A stretch of 64,000 nt of DNA, taken from NCBI GenBank assembly GCA_963667035.1, contig OY762964.1:1632001-1696000 (forward strand), read 5' to 3'. This document shows positions 58,520 through 64,000 of this stretch, one piece after another (position 1 is the stretch's first letter; each line of letters opens with the position of its first letter). Both the position numbers and the translations under genes were made by a program. The DNA comes from Candidatus Cloacimonadales bacterium (GTDB lineage Bacteria; Cloacimonadota; Cloacimonadia; Cloacimonadales; JAFGVF01). The notes under the pieces were generated by a model. The model worked only from the letters and a program-made list of their open reading frames with translations, was not told the origin of the DNA and did not search any database.

Positions 58520-60184
58520 ATGAAAATCGTTGAATGTGTTCCCAATTTTAGTGAAGGAAGAGATAAGTCTATCCTTGATAAAATCTCAAATTCAATTAGA
58601 GAAGTTGAGGGAGCGGTATTACTTGATGTTGATCCCGGAGCTGATACTAACCGAACTGTTTACACAATAGTGGGAGAACCTAAATCGGTAGTTGAAGCAG
58701 CTTTCCAAGCGATAAAAACAGCCTCAGAGCTAATAGATATGAGTAAACATTCAGGAGCACATCCACGTATGGGTGCTACCGATGTATGTCCTTTCATTCC
58801 TGTGGCAAATATGACAATGGATGAATGCGTAATTCTTTCTAAACAACTTGGTGAAAGAGTGGGAACTGAATTAGGAATTCCTGTTTATTTGTATGAATAT
58901 TCAGCATCGAAACCTCTATGGAAGAATCTAGCAGAAGTTAGAAAAGGTGAATATGAAGGACTTGCTAACAGAGTTGGCAAACCTGAATGGAAACCGGATT
59001 TCGGACCTCATGAATTTAATGTAAAATCAGGAGCAACTGCTGTCTCTGCAAGAGAGTTCTTGATTGCTTATAATATAAACTTGAATACTCGCGATAAGAA
59101 AAAAGCTCATGAATTAGCCTTAACAATCAGAGAAGCAGGAAAGAGAGCTAGAGATGAAAAAGGCAAAGCAGTTAAGGATGAAAATGGTGATTTCGTTATG
59201 ATTCCGGGACTCTTCAAGAATTGCAAAGCTGTTGGTTGGTATATTGATGAGTATAATAGAGCTCAAATTTCCATAAATCTGACTAATTATAAGATTACTC
59301 CTCCTCATATAGTTCTTGAGAAAGTTAGAGAACTAGCTACAGAGATGAATATTCAAGTCACAGGTAGTGAGCTTGTTGGTCTAATCCCTAAAGAAGCTAT
59401 TCTTGAATCAGGCAGGTTTTATCTGAGAAGAATGGGAGAAAGTGCCGGTATCCCTGAGAGAATGATTATTGAAACAGCTATCCAATCTATGGGGTTAGAG
59501 GATTTAGGAGATTTCGATGTAGATTCCAAAGTGATTGAATATGCAATCAAAGAAGAAGGTAAGCTTGTCGACATGACTGTCGAGTCATTCTGTGATGAGT
59601 TATCATCAGATTCTCCTGCACCGGGTGGTGGAAGTGTTGCTGCTTTATGTGCATCATTATCAGGTGCATTAACTGCTATGGTAGCCAATCTTACCATGAA
59701 CAAAAAAGGCTATGAAAAGAATTGGGCTTTAGCTGGTGAATTAGCTGAGGAAGGTCAGAAAGTCAAAGAAGCATCATTAATGGCTATTGATAAAGATACA
59801 AAAGTATTCTATGATATGATGAATGCTTCTAAGCTTCCTAAGAAAACTGAAGCTGAGAAAATTGCTCGTAATACAGCTATTCAAAATGCAACAAAAGATG
59901 CAATCCTTATCCCACTTGAAACTCTAGAGATTTCTCTTGAAGCTGTTAAATTAGCTGAGAGAATTTCTAAGATTGGAAACTCAAATGCCTTATCTGATGC
60001 TGGTGTGGCGGCAATTACAGCTAATGCTGCAGCTAAGTCTGCATACCTCAATGTTAAGATTAACATGGGAGCTGTTGAAGATAAAGCTTGGATTAGCGAT
60101 GTAATGGCAAAAGCTACTCAAATTACTAAAGAAGTTAACGAATTAGCTCTTAAAGTTGAAGCAGAAGTTTCTGCTGCTGTTTAG
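58520..60184 (+). CDS. ftcD: Glutamate formimidoyltransferase / cyclodeaminase
   Basis: VECVPNFSEGR, HSGAHPRMGATDVCPF, SPAPGGGSVAA, SDAGV. Confidence 0.93.
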   Translation: MKIVECVPNFSEGRDKSILDKISNSIREVEGAVLLDVDPGADTNRTVYTIVGEPKSVVEAAFQAIKTASELIDMSKHSGAHPRMGATDVCPFIPVANMTMDECVILSKQLGERVGTELGIPVYLYEYSASKPLWKNLAEVRKGEYEGLANRVGKPEWKPDFGPHEFNVKSGATAVSAREFLIAYNINLNTRDKKKAHELALTIREAGKRARDEKGKAVKDENGDFVMIPGLFKNCKAVGWYIDEYNRAQISINLTNYKITPPHIVLEKVRELATEMNIQVTGSELVGLIPKEAILESGRFYLRRMGESAGIPERMIIETAIQSMGLEDLGDFDVDSKVIEYAIKEEGKLVDMTVESFCDELSSDSPAPGGGSVAALCASLSGALTAMVANLTMNKKGYEKNWALAGELAEEGQKVKEASLMAIDKDTKVFYDMMNASKLPKKTEAEKIARNTAIQNATKDAILIPLETLEISLEAVKLAERISKIGNSNALSDAGVAAITANAAAKSAYLNVKINMGAVEDKAWISDVMAKATQITKEVNELALKVEAEVSAAV

Positions 60185-60203
60185 ACTTTAAACATATTAG
60201 TTC

Positions 60204-60234
60204 GGGGCAGTATTACTCTGCCCCCTCTTTTTTC
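60204..60234 (+). terminator. Rho-independent terminator after ftcD
   Basis: GGGGCAG-tattact-CTGCCCC + pyrimidine/T run. Confidence 0.7.
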
Positions 60235-60236
60235 TT

Positions 60237-62381
60237 ATGAGAATTATACTCATTGGTTTCATGGGTGCAGGAAAAAGCACTATTGGTAAAGAACTTTCTG
60301 ATAGAATGGGTATTCCTCTATATGAAACTGACACTATAATAACAGTTAGTTCAGGTAGAACTATCGATTTCTTTTTTGAAACAAATGAAGTTAAACAGTT
60401 TAGACAACTGGAAACAAATGCTTTGTTGAGTACTCCAGATAACAGTATTGTATCCACAGGAGGTGGTATTGTTGAAAGTGAATTCAACAGAGCATTTCTT
60501 AAAAAGAAGGAAAACTTTATAATTTGGCTTGACTCAGAGCCACTAAAACTTCTAAAAAGGATAGTTAAAAGTGATAGACCTCTAGTAAGAAATCTTACAA
60601 GAGAAGAATTACTTGAATTGTATTATAAAAGATATAACCTCTATAAATCTTGTGCGGATTTAGAGATTAGAGAAGATGATGAGCAGATTGTTGCGGCTAT
60701 GATTGAAAAGGAAGTTTGTATGGATAAAGCAATTAAGATTAAGGTATTACCGAATATTGGGAAAGAACTTGAAATAAAGCTCAATGAGCCTAAACGTATA
60801 TACGAGATATTCCAAATGCTTGATATGGATAGTAGTGATTACTTAAGTTTTAAGCTTAACAACTCTGCTTATGTGGATGAGCGTAAAGTTATTTATAAAG
60901 ATACGACAATCGAGTGTATAAGTATATGTCATCCTGAAGGTAGATGGATTTATCAAGATACTGCAATATTTGTTATGTCCAAAGCATTCCATAACCTCTT
61001 CCCTAACTCTTCTTTCTTTGTCGAGCATTCTGTAGGTAATGCGGTATATTGTGAAGTTTTTGAGAAAGAGAATGGCTTTAACTCTGATGATGTTGAAAAC
61101 TTAAAAAGAGAAATGCTTCATATTGTAAGCAGAAGCATGGATATTATTCAAGTACCTGTTTTCTTGAAAGAAGCAGAGAAGATTTTTGAAGAACAAAACA
61201 GAAAAGATTTTCTTAAGAATCTGAACTACTTCTCCCCTAGAGAAGTAAAATTATACAGATGCGGGAGCTATTACGACTATTATCTTAGAACTCTTGCAGA
61301 TAACACCAGAGTACTGACTAAGTTTGATTTGAGACACCAAAAGAATGGCTTCCTGTTAATATTCAATAATTGCTCTGATTCTGAGTTTATCTTACCTGAA
61401 AAGCTATTCAAAACTCATCAGGAACACGATAAATGGCTGAATATACTAAAAGTTCATAATATAAGAGATCTCAACAAACTAATTGATAGTTACGACATAT
61501 CGCATTTCATCCTTGTAGAAGAAGCATTACATGAAAAGAAAATTGCTCTTATTGCCGACCGGATTACTAAAGATGAAAGAATAAAAATTATTCTGATTGC
61601 CGGTCCTTCTTCATCCGGTAAAACAACATTTGCTAAACGGCTTTCAGTACAATTGAGAGTGTGTGGTGTTTCTCCATTTGTTATTAGCATGGATGATTAC
61701 TTCCTAGCTAGAACCCAAACTCCTCGTAAAGAAGATGGTTCTTTTGATTTTGAATGCATAGAATCTTTAGACTTACCATTGTTAAACGACCATCTCCAAA
61801 AATTAATTGATGGAGAAGAGATAGAGCTACCAAAATATAATTTCTCTTCCGGAGTATCAGAGAGAAGTTTTCAAAAGGTCAAACTCGGTCCTAATAATGT
61901 TATAGTAATGGAAGGCATACACGGAATAAATGATAAACTTACTGAATCAATACCGGCTGAAAACAAGGTCAAAATATATATAAGTGCACTTAACCAGCTT
62001 AACATTGATGATCATAATAGAATACCTACCACTGATTGCAGAAAAATCAGACGAATGGTTAGAGATAAACTATATAGAGGATACTCGGCTGAGGATACTC
62101 TTCAAAGATGGCAAGACGTAAGAGATGGCGAAGACAAGAACATATTCCCATTTCAAGAAAATGCTAACTTCATGTTTAATAGTAGTTTGACTTATGAACT
62201 GGCTGTTCTTAAGAAGTATGCAGTTAAAGTGTTAAGAAATGTTCCGACTCAATCTCCTGTATATACAGAAGCCCTACGTCTACTTGATCTTCTTAGTTTT
62301 GTGAAAGATATTCCTGAAGAATTAGTACCTGCTAATTCTCTGTTAAAGGAATTCATTTCAGGAAGTATATTCAGGGAGTAA
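60237..62381 (+). CDS. Shikimate kinase fused to long-form uridine/nucleoside kinase
   Basis: LIGFMGAGKSTIG, FRQLE, STGGGIV, RPL; then EEALHEKKI, AGPSSSGKTTF, EGIHG, RRMVRD. Confidence 0.85.
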   Translation: MRIILIGFMGAGKSTIGKELSDRMGIPLYETDTIITVSSGRTIDFFFETNEVKQFRQLETNALLSTPDNSIVSTGGGIVESEFNRAFLKKKENFIIWLDSEPLKLLKRIVKSDRPLVRNLTREELLELYYKRYNLYKSCADLEIREDDEQIVAAMIEKEVCMDKAIKIKVLPNIGKELEIKLNEPKRIYEIFQMLDMDSSDYLSFKLNNSAYVDERKVIYKDTTIECISICHPEGRWIYQDTAIFVMSKAFHNLFPNSSFFVEHSVGNAVYCEVFEKENGFNSDDVENLKREMLHIVSRSMDIIQVPVFLKEAEKIFEEQNRKDFLKNLNYFSPREVKLYRCGSYYDYYLRTLADNTRVLTKFDLRHQKNGFLLIFNNCSDSEFILPEKLFKTHQEHDKWLNILKVHNIRDLNKLIDSYDISHFILVEEALHEKKIALIADRITKDERIKIILIAGPSSSGKTTFAKRLSVQLRVCGVSPFVISMDDYFLARTQTPRKEDGSFDFECIESLDLPLLNDHLQKLIDGEEIELPKYNFSSGVSERSFQKVKLGPNNVIVMEGIHGINDKLTESIPAENKVKIYISALNQLNIDDHNRIPTTDCRKIRRMVRDKLYRGYSAEDTLQRWQDVRDGEDKNIFPFQENANFMFNSSLTYELAVLKKYAVKVLRNVPTQSPVYTEALRLLDLLSFVKDIPEELVPANSLLKEFISGSIFRE

Positions 62382-62384
62382 ATC

Positions 62385-62738
62385 ATGGCTCATTTAATCT
62401 TCTTAGGCTTGCATTACCAACCAATGGATTTAAAGTGGTCAGTAGTGAATACTACTGACTTTGATAGAGTATACAACTATCTCACACCGGAATCGGTTAT
62501 TTTTATAGATAGCGAAATGCTTAAAGACCATTTAAACTATAAAAGATTACTGATGATAAAACTAAACTCTCCGCAAGTCCAACTTTTTGCTGTTAATAAT
62601 GAAATTGATTATAACTATCTAGTATCGATTAAAGACAATGAGATACCTCAAAAGATTGAGGAAGCAACATCAAGACCTTATCTGTTTACAGATAAAAGAA
62701 ACTTTATCAAGGATATAAGCAGGATTATTCTGGACTAA
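62385..62738 (+). CDS. Hypothetical protein
   Basis: GGGAG RBS, 117-aa ORF. Confidence 0.6.
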   Translation: MAHLIFLGLHYQPMDLKWSVVNTTDFDRVYNYLTPESVIFIDSEMLKDHLNYKRLLMIKLNSPQVQLFAVNNEIDYNYLVSIKDNEIPQKIEEATSRPYLFTDKRNFIKDISRIILD

Positions 62739-63352
62739 TAGAAATCAACCGTTAACTGGGCACATGGACCATAACTCATTCTATGATGCTTGGTAACTCC
62801 GTACTTTTTGATTGCATCCAAATGCTTTTGTGTCGGATATCCCTTGTGCCGTGCAAAGCCATATTCAGGGAACTCTTTGTCCAACTCAATCATTATGCGA
62901 TCCCGAGTAACTTTAGCTAAAATTGAAGCGGCTGCTATTGATGCGTAATGGCTATCACCTTTTACAACTGCTTCCTTAGATATGTTAAGAGTTCTCGGTA
63001 ACTTATTACCATCAATCAAACAGTGTTCAGGTGCTATACTCAATTTTTCTATTGCTCTTTGCATCCCGTTTAATGAAGCATTCAAAATGTTAACTTCATC
63101 TATTTCCTTTGGAGCTACAATCTCAATACTATAAGCTAGTGCCTTATTCATAATCTCTTCAAACAAAGCTTCTCGTTTCTTCTCTGAGATTTTCTTTGAG
63201 TCGTTGACTCCTTCAATTATAATACTTCTGTCTAAAACAACAGCAGCAGCAACAAGAGGACCTGCCAGAGGTCCCCTGCCGGCTTCATCAGCACCTGCTA
63301 CTATTTTATTTAGCCCAAAAGCTTCTGTTTCATTTTGATATAACTTATTCAT
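62735..63352 (-). CDS. rnhB: Ribonuclease HII
   Basis: GADEAGRGPLAGP, NDSKK, IDGN, SIAAASILAKVTRD, HKGYPT. Confidence 0.97.
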   Translation of the reverse strand: MNKLYQNETEAFGLNKIVAGADEAGRGPLAGPLVAAAVVLDRSIIIEGVNDSKKISEKKREALFEEIMNKALAYSIEIVAPKEIDEVNILNASLNGMQRAIEKLSIAPEHCLIDGNKLPRTLNISKEAVVKGDSHYASIAAASILAKVTRDRIMIELDKEFPEYGFARHKGYPTQKHLDAIKKYGVTKHHRMSYGPCAQLTVDFY

Positions 63353-64000
63353 TCGTTGTTAAGCAGAAGAAAACCCTTTCGTATCTTTCTTCTATTTCTT
63401 CCGGTTCCATATTAATCAACGATTTAACTGGTGTAGGAGTTTTAATATCTTTTATCACGAATCCCATTTTCTCCACAGTTTCTTTAATCTCAGATATTGA
63501 ATAGACATTCTGGATATGGGATTCCGTATATCTGGTAAACCCAAATGCATTCCTTTTGAACAAGGTTAGGTTTGAGTATTGTTTAAAGTGCTTTGAATCA
63601 AAGTCAGCTTCATGTAACATCAGCAAATCATCTGTAGACTCAATATTCACAAAATCGTCAAAGTTTTCAATGCTGTTGCAAAGAGTTGAAACATCAAAGA
63701 TAAACATTCCATTCTCAGTAAGAGCTCTCTTTACATTAGCTAACATTTGCTCAACATGAGATAGCTTCAACAAATAGTTTACACTATCGAAAAGGCAAAT
63801 GATTAGATCATATTTACCTGATATTTCATCTGTCATATCTGCAAGATAGAGTTCTGGAGCATGTTTTTTCTTTGCAGCAATAGCAAGCATTGCTTCAGAG
63901 TTATCGCTAGCTACAACAGTAAACCTCTTTTTAACTAATTGACAAGAGATATTGGCTGTGCCACATGCAATTTCGAGAATACTTTTGGGTTTTGTATTCA
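63345..64000 (-). CDS. Class I SAM-dependent methyltransferase, 5' end outside window
   Basis: ILEIACGT motif read on - near 63960-63980; DLIICLFDSVNY, GMFIFD. Confidence 0.85.
   Translation of the reverse strand, partial: NTKPKSILEIACGTANISCQLVKKRFTVVASDNSEAMLAIAAKKKHAPELYLADMTDEISGKYDLIICLFDSVNYLLKLSHVEQMLANVKRALTENGMFIFDVSTLCNSIENFDDFVNIESTDDLLMLHEADFDSKHFKQYSNLTLFKRNAFGFTRYTESHIQNVYSISEIKETVEKMGFVIKDIKTPTPVKSLINMEPEEIEERYERVFFCLTTNE

Noticed and set aside
554..63759. Numerous short antisense ORFs on the track
   Set aside because: Shadows of well-supported genes on the opposite strand; no RBS or motifs.

Overview
Low-GC bacterial chromosome segment. A C25 peptidase with a C-terminal 'NYPNPFNPST' FlgD/Ig-like domain and the general gene style suggest Cloacimonadota or a related FCB lineage (inference only). 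About 3448-32426 is an apparently complete ~29 kb Mu-like transposable prophage. It has a DDE transposase plus AAA ATPase, an XRE/S24 repressor and GemA-, DUF3164- and DUF2786-like early genes. Two divergent late operons follow: terminase-portal on +, and protease-capsid-siphovirus-type tail on -. Three features are unusual. It is bounded by a 31-bp exact direct repeat rather than Mu's 5-bp duplication, and it lacks TG...CA ends. It carries 13 co-oriented REP-like hairpin repeats, most of them translated inside essential genes. Its portal is fused to MuF and a C-terminal nuclease-like domain. The rest is host DNA: a dppA/sdpRI-like operon, ABC transporter, acpS, trmL, mlaE-like, dnaB, nadC, fusA, rpmE, prfA, ftcD, an aroK-uridine kinase fusion and rnhB. 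Two IS1182-family elements there each duplicated a whole terminator hairpin. All calls come from reading the sequence; no database searches were run.
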